Shown: positions 44,869-55,053, numbered from the stretch's first letter. The stretch is 64,000 nt of DNA from Candidatus Woesearchaeota archaeon (GCA_964412025.1 CAYPLY010000001.1:134922-198921), one strand, 5' to 3'. Numbers and translations: made by a program. The notes: generated by a model not told the origin, from the sequence alone.

Positions 44869-45768
44869 ATGGAAAAGTATCAGAGAATTGACTTTAGGGA
44901 TCAGATATCAAACAACAAAAGAAAATCTTTTTTCTTGATTTTAAGTGTTTTTGCTGTTATTGTAGTGTTAGGGTATGTTATCTCTTTAGCTTTTGATCCC
45001 GTATGGTTTTGGTTTATAATGGTAATTTCAATTATATTTTCAATATCTTACACTCTTATTAGTTATTACAATTCTCATAAGATATCTGTTATGAGTGTTG
45101 GTGCTAAGAAAGCAGATAGGAGTAGATATAAAGATTATTATAATCTTGTTGAAGGGTTGACCCTTGCTTCAGGATTACCTATGCCGGAGTTATATATTAT
45201 GCCTTCCAATCAGATAAATGCTTTTGCCTCTGGGAGAGATCCGAAACATTCTGTTGTGTGTGTTACAGAGGGAGCATTACAAAAGTTAGATAGAAGGGAA
45301 TTGGAGGGAGTTTTGGCACATGAACTGGGACATATTGGGAATTATGATATAAGATATATGACCTTGGTTGCAGTTATGGTTGGGATGGTGGCAATTATCT
45401 CTGAGATGTTTTTGAGAAGTTTATGGTTAAAGGGAGGAGGAGATAGTGATAATAATAAAGCTGGATTGATATTATTAGTTATAGGTATTGTTTTGGCTAT
45501 TCTTGCTCCTATTGTTGTTCAATTAGTTCAGCTTTCAATCTCAAGGAAACACGAGTATTCAGCAGATGCAACCGCAGTTAAATTCACAAGGTATCCTCAG
45601 GGTTTAATAGGAGCTTTGAAAAAAATAAAGCAGGATTATTCATATGAATCTTCAGAAAAGAAAGTAAGCAAAGCCATTGCTCCTTTGTTTTTTGCAAGTC
45701 CTCTGAAAAATATTACAAGTACGCATCCTCCAATTGAGAAGAGAATAGCTGCTCTGGAAAGAATGTAA
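44869..45768 (+). CDS. htpX: HtpX-family M48 zinc protease
   Basis: NAFASG, VLAHELGH, SRKHEYSAD, STHPP. Confidence 0.93.
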   Translation: MEKYQRIDFRDQISNNKRKSFFLILSVFAVIVVLGYVISLAFDPVWFWFIMVISIIFSISYTLISYYNSHKISVMSVGAKKADRSRYKDYYNLVEGLTLASGLPMPELYIMPSNQINAFASGRDPKHSVVCVTEGALQKLDRRELEGVLAHELGHIGNYDIRYMTLVAVMVGMVAIISEMFLRSLWLKGGGDSDNNKAGLILLVIGIVLAILAPIVVQLVQLSISRKHEYSADATAVKFTRYPQGLIGALKKIKQDYSYESSEKKVSKAIAPLFFASPLKNITSTHPPIEKRIAALERM

Positions 45769-45816
45769 TTTTTAAATTTCAATTACTTTTAAAAACTCTT
45801 CTTATCTGATTTATTT

Positions 45817-46650
45817 ATGGGTTTTATAAGGGGGGTGGTTGTTACTTTTTTTAGCATCGTTCTTTTTTTATCTTTATTTCTTATGACATTTACTGCAATC
45901 CTATCTTTCTCATTAAATTATAATACTCTTCAACCCTCACTTAAGGACTCTGTTGGAAATGTTCTTTCAAGCTTTTTGGAAGGAGGCAGCATATTTACTG
46001 AAGAGGAGAAAGAAGTTATGAAGTACGATTGTCTTATAGAGGACGAGCACATATTTGTTTACGAAAATTATACATTTGTAATCCCTTGTCAGATTGTGGA
46101 ACAGGGGGAGGAGACAATAGTTGATTATGTTGTTGATAATTTTACAAATAAGATTTATTATGATGAATATAATTGTGAATTTTGGGATTGTGTTAAAAAT
46201 TCCGAGATGCCTTTTGTTCTGATATCAAAAAAAGCTTATGATTATTGGAATGGTAAATTTTTATTATTTTTGTCTCTTTCAATTTTAATATTTGCTTTGA
46301 TATTCTTTGTATCAAATAATCGCCCAGGAAGATTCATTGTTGGAGGCATTCTTTTAATTTCTTCTGCATTGCCTTTCAAGAAGTTAGATTGGTTGTTTAG
46401 ATTTATTCCAGAAAATATCTCTCAGGTATTTTTGGTGTTTTTTACAAAAGCTCATAGTGTATTTATTGTAGTGCTTGTTCTAGGAATTTTATTTATTTCA
46501 TTTGGGATTATTTGTAAAATCTTTGGATGGAAATTAAAAATTAAGAAAGATGAAGAAGTTTTAAAGAAAGAAGAGGTATTGAAAAAGGATTCTCCCGTTT
46601 TAAAAGTTAAAAAGAAAGCTGCAAATCAGTCTTTTAATAAAATCCTTTAA
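45817..46650 (+). CDS. Membrane protein with Cys-containing extracellular loop
   Basis: One N-terminal and three C-terminal TM helices. Confidence 0.72.
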   Translation: MGFIRGVVVTFFSIVLFLSLFLMTFTAILSFSLNYNTLQPSLKDSVGNVLSSFLEGGSIFTEEEKEVMKYDCLIEDEHIFVYENYTFVIPCQIVEQGEETIVDYVVDNFTNKIYYDEYNCEFWDCVKNSEMPFVLISKKAYDYWNGKFLLFLSLSILIFALIFFVSNNRPGRFIVGGILLISSALPFKKLDWLFRFIPENISQVFLVFFTKAHSVFIVVLVLGILFISFGIICKIFGWKLKIKKDEEVLKKEEVLKKDSPVLKVKKKAANQSFNKIL

Positions 46651-48817
46651 TAAGAGATTTAGGATCTGTACTTATGTTCTGGTTGTTAGGTGTATTTGTT
46701 TTAGAATTTGTGTTTTCAGGTTTTATTTTATTTCCTTCTTCCGCTTTTTTATTAAGGAAACTTTGGATATATCTTGAATGTCCTTCATCATGGTATTTAA
46801 TATCCTTTATCTTGTAAAAAATTATTCTTCCATTGTCCTGTTTCTCTGTTCTTACATTAATTAGCTTGTCCTTTATCTTTTCTCCAAGTAAGACTTCTCC
46901 TTGAGATGCAGAAGCAATTTTTCTGGCATTGGACATCAGGGTACCTAGACTCATAAATTCTAATATTCCTTTTTCTGTCTTTTCAACTATTGAACCATAT
47001 TCAATAGATATCCCAAAATCTAGTTTATACTTTGCAATTCTGTTATAATTTGATATTATTTCTTTTGCATCCTGTGCAATCTCCAAAGCAGTGTTCTCAT
47101 TTTTTAGAGTTCTAGTTTTTGAAGGTATAAGTATAAATGTTAAATTATTCTGATTTTCATATACAAATGCTTTCTTGTTTTCTGCTAGATTAATTATTTT
47201 TTGAAGAGGTTCCTCCGAATTCCCTTTTTTTGCCTGTACTTCTGCAAGGTTTTTTATGGTTAAATTTGCAACACTAACTTCCTGCTTGTTTCCTTTTATA
47301 GATAAAGATAAATTTGCTTTATTTGTTGTTTTTAATCTTGATTCTTTAGAAAGAGGTATTACTCTGTTTTCCCAAGCAACGTTTGATTTAGGTTGTTTGG
47401 TTATTTTTTTTTTAAAAAGCCCTTTTCCTGTAGTCCCTGTTTCTTTTCTTTTCTTTTTTATATTCCTAATCACTATGAATGCTATTCCAAGTATTATTAA
47501 GAGTATAAATATCCATACCAGAGGTCTTGAGAAAAAATCACTTAACCCTGCCTGAGAGGTATCTTTTATTCTTATGGCATTTCCAGTAATTGAAGCTCTT
47601 GTTATTATAATGCTCTCTTTGACTTTACTTTCCCCGTCTTTATCTAATAATTCAACTTCATATTCCCCCTTAGGAGCTATTAATTCATATCCTTTTTTTC
47701 CATCTACTGTTAAATAGATTGGATATTCTTTTGAATCATTTCCTATTCTTATTATTACAGTGCTGTTATAGGGCACATTTCCCAAGTTAGTTACAAATAT
47801 TGTTTCATTTATCACCTCTGCTTTTATTTCTTTATTTTCAGTTATGATAAAGTTTGTTTGTGAAGTTAGTTGTCCAGATATAGCAAATACAGTCCAGTTT
47901 CCAGGAGGCTCATTGTATGCAATCTCTAATCCCATGTATTCACCCGTGGATTTTTCTAGAGGTCCTCCTCCTTCAACAAGAGTTCCTTCTCCAACTCCCC
48001 TTTTTATTGTTATTATTGATTTTGAATCTATACTCTCCCCTGTCTGGTCATGTAATATTGTCTTTACTTTAACTTCTGTTCCGGGTTTAATTTCATCATC
48101 TTTTAGGACTAATTCAAGAGAGGTAGGTATTTGTTTTATTTCTATATTGTAATTTATGAATCCTTTATTTGTCTTAGAAGCGTCGAGTGCAACTTCATAG
48201 GCGTTTAGTTTTACTAGATATTTTCCGGCAGCAATCCTTTCGGGAAGAGTTATATTCATTGAATACATTCCATTATTTATTGTCCCTTTTTGTAAGATGC
48301 TGCTTCCTGATGAATTTTCTATTACTATTTCTAATTCTATAAATCCGTTTGCTAGTTGTCCATTTTCTTTTATTACATCTCCAAAGAATAGTACACTTTC
48401 ACCAGGTCCAAATTCTGTTATTTCTGTATTTGGTTTGACAGTAAGAAGATTTGAAATTTTAAACTCATTTGTTAGAATATACTCTGAGCCCAGAACTCCT
48501 TTTATCTTACACGTCCCTACATTGTCCCCCAGAATTTCTTTAGTCAGAACAAGTGAAGCATCCATTGTCTTTTCTTCTCCAGACAATAAATTTACTCCGT
48601 TTTTATAGAAATTAATTTGTTTGCTTCCGCACAATAAATCCATACTAAATACCCCTGACACTCCTCCTATTGTTTTTATTGTTATTGGGACACTTATAGA
48701 ATCTCCCAAGTTATATGCTTTGTTTGGTTGTTGATTGATAATCATTTCACCCGAAATAAAAGGAAATGTAATTAAGAACAGTAATATTATTAGTAAGGTA
48801 TTGGATATTCTTTTCAT
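46634..48817 (-). CDS. Single-pass membrane protein: Ig-like ectodomain plus cytoplasmic domain resembling a degenerate class III nucleotidyl cyclase
   Basis: Signal peptide, TM PLVWIFILLIILGIAFIVI, then ALEIAQ...FGISIEYG...MSNARKIAS...GEVLLGE. Confidence 0.6.
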   Translation of the reverse strand: MKRISNTLLIILLFLITFPFISGEMIINQQPNKAYNLGDSISVPITIKTIGGVSGVFSMDLLCGSKQINFYKNGVNLLSGEEKTMDASLVLTKEILGDNVGTCKIKGVLGSEYILTNEFKISNLLTVKPNTEITEFGPGESVLFFGDVIKENGQLANGFIELEIVIENSSGSSILQKGTINNGMYSMNITLPERIAAGKYLVKLNAYEVALDASKTNKGFINYNIEIKQIPTSLELVLKDDEIKPGTEVKVKTILHDQTGESIDSKSIITIKRGVGEGTLVEGGGPLEKSTGEYMGLEIAYNEPPGNWTVFAISGQLTSQTNFIITENKEIKAEVINETIFVTNLGNVPYNSTVIIRIGNDSKEYPIYLTVDGKKGYELIAPKGEYEVELLDKDGESKVKESIIITRASITGNAIRIKDTSQAGLSDFFSRPLVWIFILLIILGIAFIVIRNIKKKRKETGTTGKGLFKKKITKQPKSNVAWENRVIPLSKESRLKTTNKANLSLSIKGNKQEVSVANLTIKNLAEVQAKKGNSEEPLQKIINLAENKKAFVYENQNNLTFILIPSKTRTLKNENTALEIAQDAKEIISNYNRIAKYKLDFGISIEYGSIVEKTEKGILEFMSLGTLMSNARKIASASQGEVLLGEKIKDKLINVRTEKQDNGRIIFYKIKDIKYHDEGHSRYIQSFLNKKAEEGNKIKPENTNSKTNTPNNQNISTDPKSLIKGFY

Positions 48818-48878
48818 AAGAATATTAGTAAATATTTATTTATAAACATTTGTAAGGGATTTCAATTTTAGAAATTAT

Positions 48879-49586
48879 TTAATCGAGATAATCTTCAATT
48901 GTTTTTGCTATTGCTTTTTCTACTCTGGACTGGTTTAGAATCTTTTCTTCATCATCTTTGTTTAGTGGATATCCAATATCTATAAGTATAGCGGGACATT
49001 TAACATCTTTTAATACAAGATAATCCTCTTGATTCACCCACCTATTGGATATATTTGCTATATTTTCAAGGTTTTTTGCTGCTAATTTTGCCAGTTCATT
49101 ACTTTTATCTTTTAATTCCTTGCCATTTTTTTTTCTGTAATATACCTCAGAACCGCTTATGCTTTTCCAGCCTTTGTAGTCATTTGTATGTATACTAATA
49201 AAAATGTCTGCGTTGTTTTTATTTGCTATTTCTGGTCTTGATTCAATTGGACAGGAAGTTGTATTATCTTTTCTTGTTAAAATTACTTTATATTTTGTTG
49301 AATCTATGCTTTCTTTTATCTTCTTTGACTTTTCTAATACTATTTCTGCTTCTTTGTAATCTGGATAAATCATGCCCCAATCCATTAATTTCTTTACCCG
49401 ATTTCCCATGCCATGTCCCGGGTCAAGGATAACAACTTTCCTTGTATCTTCGGTTATTATTTCTGGTTTTTTAATCGGGATGTAATCTGTTCCGGGGGCA
49501 ATCGCATTTTTGTTTATATTAGAAAAGTAAAATAGGGGGACAAGAATGGCCATCTTTGCAATTTTTTTTATGTAATTGTTTTTCAT
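48879..49586 (-). CDS. Secreted N-acetylmuramoyl-L-alanine amidase (Amidase_3) homolog
   Basis: VILDPGHG, KEAEIV, LTR, ADIFISIHTN, GSEVY, YLVLK, PAILIDIGY. Confidence 0.87.
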   Translation of the reverse strand: MKNNYIKKIAKMAILVPLFYFSNINKNAIAPGTDYIPIKKPEIITEDTRKVVILDPGHGMGNRVKKLMDWGMIYPDYKEAEIVLEKSKKIKESIDSTKYKVILTRKDNTTSCPIESRPEIANKNNADIFISIHTNDYKGWKSISGSEVYYRKKNGKELKDKSNELAKLAAKNLENIANISNRWVNQEDYLVLKDVKCPAILIDIGYPLNKDDEEKILNQSRVEKAIAKTIEDYLD

Positions 49587-49635
49587 TTTGGTTTTTAAGG
49601 AGGTTTATTTTAAAATAATTTTTGTTTGAATATGC

Positions 49636-50439
49636 TTAATTAGATAACCTTTTTGTTGCCAGCTTAGCTAAATCTCGGTTCTGATTGTTTTCATACTGAG
49701 CTATAAACTCTTTTTCTGCTTTTCCAACTTCTAAAGAATCAATTGTATTTATTGCTTTATTGTAGGGAGTATCTAAAATTATGGTTGGTTTTAGATTTTT
49801 TCTGTTTTTGAAATCTTCAACAGTTATCTTTTCTCTTTGATTTATCCATTGATGTAAGAATTCTGGTTGCTTTTGGTCGTTTATTCCAAGATATAGTATT
49901 ACATGGGTCTCTTCTATCTTATTTCCTTTCTCATCTTTTCCAGGGGTTCCATAACTTTTGTATTTTCTGTACTCCTTCGGTCCCATGTCTCTTTTTGTAA
50001 TTATCATCATCCCAGGTTCCAATGTTCCATCTATAATTTTATTTTTTAGATTTTCATATATTGTTGAATCATTAGCTGTTTCTTCTTCTTTGAATTGGTA
50101 GACTATTGAGTTATCATACTTCAAATCCCAGGCATGTCCGGGGTTGTATTTTTTATCAAATATCTTATTTGCAGATAGTCTCGCATATTTTGAGCATGAG
50201 TTTGGAGATAATTTATAATACGGAACTTTTATCTCATCGGAGCTTTGTTTTTCTGCTTTCTCATTAAAAACTGCTTCTCTATTTTCTTTTAATATTCTTT
50301 CTAATCTTGATTTTTCATATACTTCATATCTTGTTTCTTTACTTTCTAAATTTTCTTCAACAAAACTTCCTCCTGTATATGAGCCTATCGCTAAGCTTGC
50401 CATTCCTGTAAGAGCTAGTTTTTTAAGATAGTTTTTCAT
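49636..50439 (-). CDS. Secreted CHAP/NlpC-P60-like cysteine hydrolase
   Basis: Signal-like N-terminus; SCSKYAR...GHAWD (Cys) and THVILYLG (His). Confidence 0.55.
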   Translation of the reverse strand: MKNYLKKLALTGMASLAIGSYTGGSFVEENLESKETRYEVYEKSRLERILKENREAVFNEKAEKQSSDEIKVPYYKLSPNSCSKYARLSANKIFDKKYNPGHAWDLKYDNSIVYQFKEEETANDSTIYENLKNKIIDGTLEPGMMIITKRDMGPKEYRKYKSYGTPGKDEKGNKIEETHVILYLGINDQKQPEFLHQWINQREKITVEDFKNRKNLKPTIILDTPYNKAINTIDSLEVGKAEKEFIAQYENNQNRDLAKLATKRLSN

Positions 50440-50792
50440 TTTAATTTATCACTATTCTGTAGTAACAATATTTAAATGTTTCGGTTGATGGTTATATGTA
50501 AAATTTAGGGTAAAATAAGTGAAACATTTAGAGTAGAACTTAGCATTATTTTCTAATAAATCAAGTCTCTTGGAAGAATTATTCACGAACAAAATTCTCG
50601 GGATCACTATCTGATTCTGGCATACTGTTCACCTCCCGATAAATTGGTTGTTTTGTTGAATATTTTTATATTTTTTTTCATGAAGTTTTTTAACAAATAC
50701 CCTTTAAAAGCTTTGTGTATATAGAGTACATATTTTCTTTGATTTTTGTTAAATAAAATTAGTTTTATAAACATCTATTTCTTAGAACCAGC

Positions 50793-52535
50793 ATGAAAAC
50801 TTTAAACCTGCATGTGGATTATATCAAGTTCAAACCTTTGAAAAAGGCGCTTAAAAGTATTGGGGAGTTGACTGAAAAAGACAAGAAGGAGAAGGAAGTG
50901 AAAGAGGCACTTGTTGTTTTGACTGCTATTGAGAAGTCTGATGTGGATGTTTCTGGGGTTGTGAAAAAGTTGGTTGAGAATGTAAAGGATATTGCTTCTC
51001 AGGTAAAAGCTAAGAATATTGTTCTTTATCCTTATGCTCATTTGTCCAAAGATTTAGGAAATCCGGATATAGCTCAGGAGGTTTTGGAGAGTGCTGAGAA
51101 AGCTTTAGTTAAGGAAAAGTTTAGCGTTACAAGAGCTCCTTTTGGATATTATAAAGAGTTTGAACTGAAGGTAAAAGGACATCCCTTAAGTGAATTGTCG
51201 AGAGAGATAAGGTTTGAAGATGGAGAAGGAAAAAAAGAAGGCAAATTGATTAAAGGTAAAGAATCTGAAGAAAAATATGATCCAAAACAGTTGCTTAGGG
51301 AGATTTCAAAATCAAAACTTGATTCTTCTAAATTGAAAGATAACGATCATAGGATAATTGGAAGACAAATGGATTTGTTCAGCTTTTCAGAAGTTGCTCC
51401 AGGGATGGTCTTCTGGCATAATAATGGTTTAATTATAAGGAATGAACTTATTAATTTTTGGAGAGAGGAACACCGTAAAGCAGGTTACCATGAAATTCTA
51501 ACTCCCCAGATTTTAGATAAAAAATTGTGGCAAATTTCAGGACATTGGGAAAAATATAAAGAGAATATATTCCTTACAGAATATGAAAAGAGAAGTTTTG
51601 CTGTTAAACCAATGAATTGTCCTGGAGGGATGCTTGTTTTTAAAAATTCCCCGAAATCTTATAAGGACTTGCCATTAAGAGTAGGAGAATTAGGTGTTGT
51701 TCATAGACAGGAATTGTCGGGTGTTTTGGGGGGACTGTTTAGAGTAATACAATTTACCCAAGATGATGCTCATATTTATTGTACTGAAGAACAATTAGAA
51801 GATGAGATTGTTAATATAATCGAACTTGTAAAAAGAGCATATGAGAAATTGGGGATTAACATAGATCATGTTGAATTATCTACAAGACCTGAAAAAAGAA
51901 TAGGAAGTGATGAGATTTGGGATAAAGCAGAAAAAGTATTAGAGAAGGTATTGAAAAAATTAAAATTAAAATATAAAATAAACGATGGAGATGGAGCATT
52001 TTATGGGCCTAAAATAGATTATCATGTTAAAGATTCTTTAGGAAGAACCTGGCAGACAGGAACTATACAGTTGGATATGGCAATGCCTGAAAGGTTCGAT
52101 TTGGAATATACGGATAAATTTAATTCCAAGAAAAGACCTATAATGTTGCATAGAACAATTTTAGGGTCACTAGAAAGATTCTTGGGAATTTTAATTGAGG
52201 ATAAGAATGGGAGACTTCCAACCTGGCTTGTACCTATACAAGTCAGAGTCTTAAGCTTTACAGATAGGAATGTTGAATATGCCGAAAAGATAATTGCTAG
52301 GATGAAAGAATTAATTCCTAATTTAAGGATTGATAGCGATTTTGACCAGAAAACTGTTCAGGCTAAAGTTAAGGAAGCTGAAGAAATGAAAATCCCTTAT
52401 ATAATTGTAATAGGAGATAAAGAAGAGAAGGAAGGAGTTGTTGCTGTGAGAAAGGGAGGGGATAAAGTTATTGAAACTTTAGATACAGATGAGTTCATTT
52501 TTGATTTGAAAACCAAAATTGAAAAGAGAATCTGA
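50793..52535 (+). CDS. thrS: Threonine-tRNA ligase with archaeal-type N-terminal editing domain
   Basis: YPYAHLS, RAPFGYYKEF, DHRIIG, KPMNCPG, HRQE, QDDAH, GAFYGPK, HRTILGSLERF. Confidence 0.97.
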   Translation: MKTLNLHVDYIKFKPLKKALKSIGELTEKDKKEKEVKEALVVLTAIEKSDVDVSGVVKKLVENVKDIASQVKAKNIVLYPYAHLSKDLGNPDIAQEVLESAEKALVKEKFSVTRAPFGYYKEFELKVKGHPLSELSREIRFEDGEGKKEGKLIKGKESEEKYDPKQLLREISKSKLDSSKLKDNDHRIIGRQMDLFSFSEVAPGMVFWHNNGLIIRNELINFWREEHRKAGYHEILTPQILDKKLWQISGHWEKYKENIFLTEYEKRSFAVKPMNCPGGMLVFKNSPKSYKDLPLRVGELGVVHRQELSGVLGGLFRVIQFTQDDAHIYCTEEQLEDEIVNIIELVKRAYEKLGINIDHVELSTRPEKRIGSDEIWDKAEKVLEKVLKKLKLKYKINDGDGAFYGPKIDYHVKDSLGRTWQTGTIQLDMAMPERFDLEYTDKFNSKKRPIMLHRTILGSLERFLGILIEDKNGRLPTWLVPIQVRVLSFTDRNVEYAEKIIARMKELIPNLRIDSDFDQKTVQAKVKEAEEMKIPYIIVIGDKEEKEGVVAVRKGGDKVIETLDTDEFIFDLKTKIEKRI

Positions 52536-52538
52536 TAT

Positions 52539-52937
52539 TTATTTTCTTAAATTTTCTTCAAGGGCGAGTCTTTCAAGTTTTTTGAATATATCTTCTTTTT
52601 TTTCACATATGCTTTGTCTATATACTAGTTCCCCAAATTGGCTTATTATCTCGTAGGGTAAATTATTCTCAGCATCTTTGTACAATCCCTTTGCAGATTC
52701 CAAGTTTAGATAAGTGAGGTTAACGTATGCATTTATTTCTATTGGTCTAAAATATTTGTATTCACCATTTTCTATTTTTTGCACTTTTGGTTTTATTTCT
52801 TTTAACTCTTCAGATTCCCTGCTTTTATATCTCCTGCCAACAGTAAACCATTTACCCTTTTCATCATCAAGTATGATTCCCCCCACTTTTACTACAGATA
52901 TTTCAGGTGGAGTATGATGAACTTTCATGTATTTCAA
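52539..52937 (-). CDS. Hypothetical protein
   Basis: 132-aa ORF. Confidence 0.55.
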   Translation of the reverse strand: MKYMKVHHTPPEISVVKVGGIILDDEKGKWFTVGRRYKSRESEELKEIKPKVQKIENGEYKYFRPIEINAYVNLTYLNLESAKGLYKDAENNLPYEIISQFGELVYRQSICEKKEDIFKKLERLALEENLRK

Positions 52938-53003
52938 AGTGAGTTTTCCTTTAAAACAATTTATATTCTAAAAACTTATAAATTGAAATATACTGGAATT
53001 TGT

Positions 53004-53504
53004 ATGAACTTTCAATTTTATTTTGAAAAGATGATGAAGTCAAAGGATTTTAGTAAGTTTACAAGTGATAACAAAGACGCTTTTCTTTGTTCTGCCTTTT
53101 TTTCAGTTGATAAAAAGGGAGAGGATAATAAACAGAATATTGATTACTTTGTTCCTTCTTTAAATAAGATGTTTAGTTTTAAGCTTAATAATACTGTTGA
53201 ATTAGTTCCAATTGAGGATTATGGGGAAAATTTTAAACCAGAAAAGATACCGGATAATATAGATTTTGACTTTAGCTATATTGAGAAACTTATTGAGGGG
53301 GAAATGTTTGAGAAGAAGATAAATAATAAGATTGAAAAGCTTCTTTTTAGCTTACAAGCAAAGGATAAAAAAAATTATCTTCTTGGGACAATTTTCTTGT
53401 CTGGATTGGCTCTTTTAAAAGTTAAAATTGATTTAAATGAAAAGAAGATTGTTGATTTTGACAAGAAAAGTTTTTTTGAGATGATGAAGATTGTGAAGAA
53501 ATGA
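53004..53504 (+). CDS. Hypothetical protein
   Basis: In-frame ATG at 53004 avoids overlap with the divergent ORF; no motif. Confidence 0.6.
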   Translation: MNFQFYFEKMMKSKDFSKFTSDNKDAFLCSAFFSVDKKGEDNKQNIDYFVPSLNKMFSFKLNNTVELVPIEDYGENFKPEKIPDNIDFDFSYIEKLIEGEMFEKKINNKIEKLLFSLQAKDKKNYLLGTIFLSGLALLKVKIDLNEKKIVDFDKKSFFEMMKIVKK

Positions 53505-53618
53505 AATTAGTTATCTGTAACAGCAGAGATATACTAACCAATATAAGCTATAAGATAATATAATTAGTTGCTCAATATTTTTGAAAATTGTTTTTTAGAT
53601 AATTACAATAAATCAAAA

Positions 53619-54224
53619 TCACTTCTCCACAATAAAGTTAATCATCATTTCGCTATTGTGTGTTGAGAGAATTTTAAATCCTGTAGATTTGAATAATTTA
53701 TGTATTTCATCTTCTTCAAAAAGATAATAGTATCTTTCTCCCTTGTCAGTCCATTTTATTAGTTTTTCTTTTCCTTGTTTTTGGTTGAATCGTTTGGACT
53801 GGAAATTCCAAACTCCAATAAGTACTTTCCCTTTTTTCTTCATAACTCTGTATAATTCAGCAATTGCTTTTTTATGATATTCTGGAGGTAAGCAGTGAAG
53901 TGCAGATATTGAGATTGCGTAATCAAAAAAATTGTCTTTAAATGGTAAGTTTTTGGATATATCTGCAACTATAAATTCTCCAGGAACCTTTAATTTAGTT
54001 GCTTTCTTTTTTGCAAGTTTAATCATTTCTTCTGAAAAATCAACTAGATACATTTTCCCTCCTTTTATCTTTGTGAGGTGTCTTCCTGAACCAGATCCCA
54101 AATCTAAGACATTTCCTGTGCAACAGGTTAGGAATTCTTTGCTGAATTCTGAAGGGGTTTCTTTGAACTCATGCCATTCTTTTGCAATGTTGTTCCAGAC
54201 TTGTTGTTGAGTTGGAGTTTCCAT
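53619..54224 (-). CDS. Class I SAM-dependent methyltransferase
   Basis: VLDLGSGSGRH, VDFS, LPFKDNFFD, ALHCL. Confidence 0.88.
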   Translation of the reverse strand: METPTQQQVWNNIAKEWHEFKETPSEFSKEFLTCCTGNVLDLGSGSGRHLTKIKGGKMYLVDFSEEMIKLAKKKATKLKVPGEFIVADISKNLPFKDNFFDYAISISALHCLPPEYHKKAIAELYRVMKKKGKVLIGVWNFQSKRFNQKQGKEKLIKWTDKGERYYYLFEEDEIHKLFKSTGFKILSTHNSEMMINFIVEK

Positions 54225-54225
54225 T

Positions 54226-55053
54226 TTATAAGCTATCCAAGGGGGATTTTATCTTTGATAAATCTTTTGTGGATACATGTGTGTATACCTCAGTTGTTTT
54301 TAAATCAGAATGTCCTAGCAATTTTTGTATATGTCTTATATCTGTGCCCTGCTCTAATAAATGTGTTGCAAAACTATGCCTTAACATATGTGGAGTTGCT
54401 TTAATTCCTGCTTTTTTTCCAGCTTCATCCAAAACTTTCTGGACGGACTTTTTTGTGTATTTTCCATCACGTCCTTCAAAAACATATTCTGTGTGGAAAG
54501 TATTATTACTGTAGTATTTCAGTAAATCTAATTTTAATGCATCTGAAATAATAGTTACCCTATCCTTTTTCCCTTTTCCCTTTTTGACATTAAGAATATT
54601 TCTCTCAAAGTCAATATCTTTTCTCTTTAAATCAATTAGCTCCTGAAGCCTCAGTCCTGAAGAGTAAAGAAGTTTTATTATCAGTTTATGCTTTAAATTG
54701 TCTGTTAAATTAATCATTTCTTTAATTTTTTCTTTTGAGATAACTTTTGGAAGTTGTTTTTCTTTTTTCTTTATAGGAACTTCCTCAAATGAAAAAGATT
54801 TTCTTAATATCTCTCTGAAAAAGAAACTTATGGAGGCATACTGCAACCTTGAGGAGTTTATACTCAAATTTTGTGATAATAAATATAATTTAACACTGTC
54901 ATTTGATAGATTAAGTCTACTTTTGGAAAGAAAATCTAAAAATTTTCCTGTGTGATATACATAAGATTTGATTGTTTGGTTAGAAAATCCCTTTAAAATA
55001 CATGTTTCTTTTAGTTTTTTTAGATATTCTTCTTTATCTGAAGTATAATTCAT
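54226..55053 (-). CDS. Tyrosine recombinase, XerA/integron-integrase-like, 275 aa
   Basis: N-terminal GFSNQTIKSY SAM-like domain; catalytic R (GLRLQE), K (KGKKDR), HxxR (HMLRHSFATH), H (LGH), Y (EVYTHV). Confidence 0.95.
   Translation of the reverse strand: MNYTSDKEEYLKKLKETCILKGFSNQTIKSYVYHTGKFLDFLSKSRLNLSNDSVKLYLLSQNLSINSSRLQYASISFFFREILRKSFSFEEVPIKKKEKQLPKVISKEKIKEMINLTDNLKHKLIIKLLYSSGLRLQELIDLKRKDIDFERNILNVKKGKGKKDRVTIISDALKLDLLKYYSNNTFHTEYVFEGRDGKYTKKSVQKVLDEAGKKAGIKATPHMLRHSFATHLLEQGTDIRHIQKLLGHSDLKTTEVYTHVSTKDLSKIKSPLDSL

Noticed and set aside
40464-45768. lemA and htpX separated by an inverted lhr-phosphoesterase block as a mobile insertion
   Set aside because: No flanking repeats or mobility genes seen; ordinary rearrangement is sufficient.
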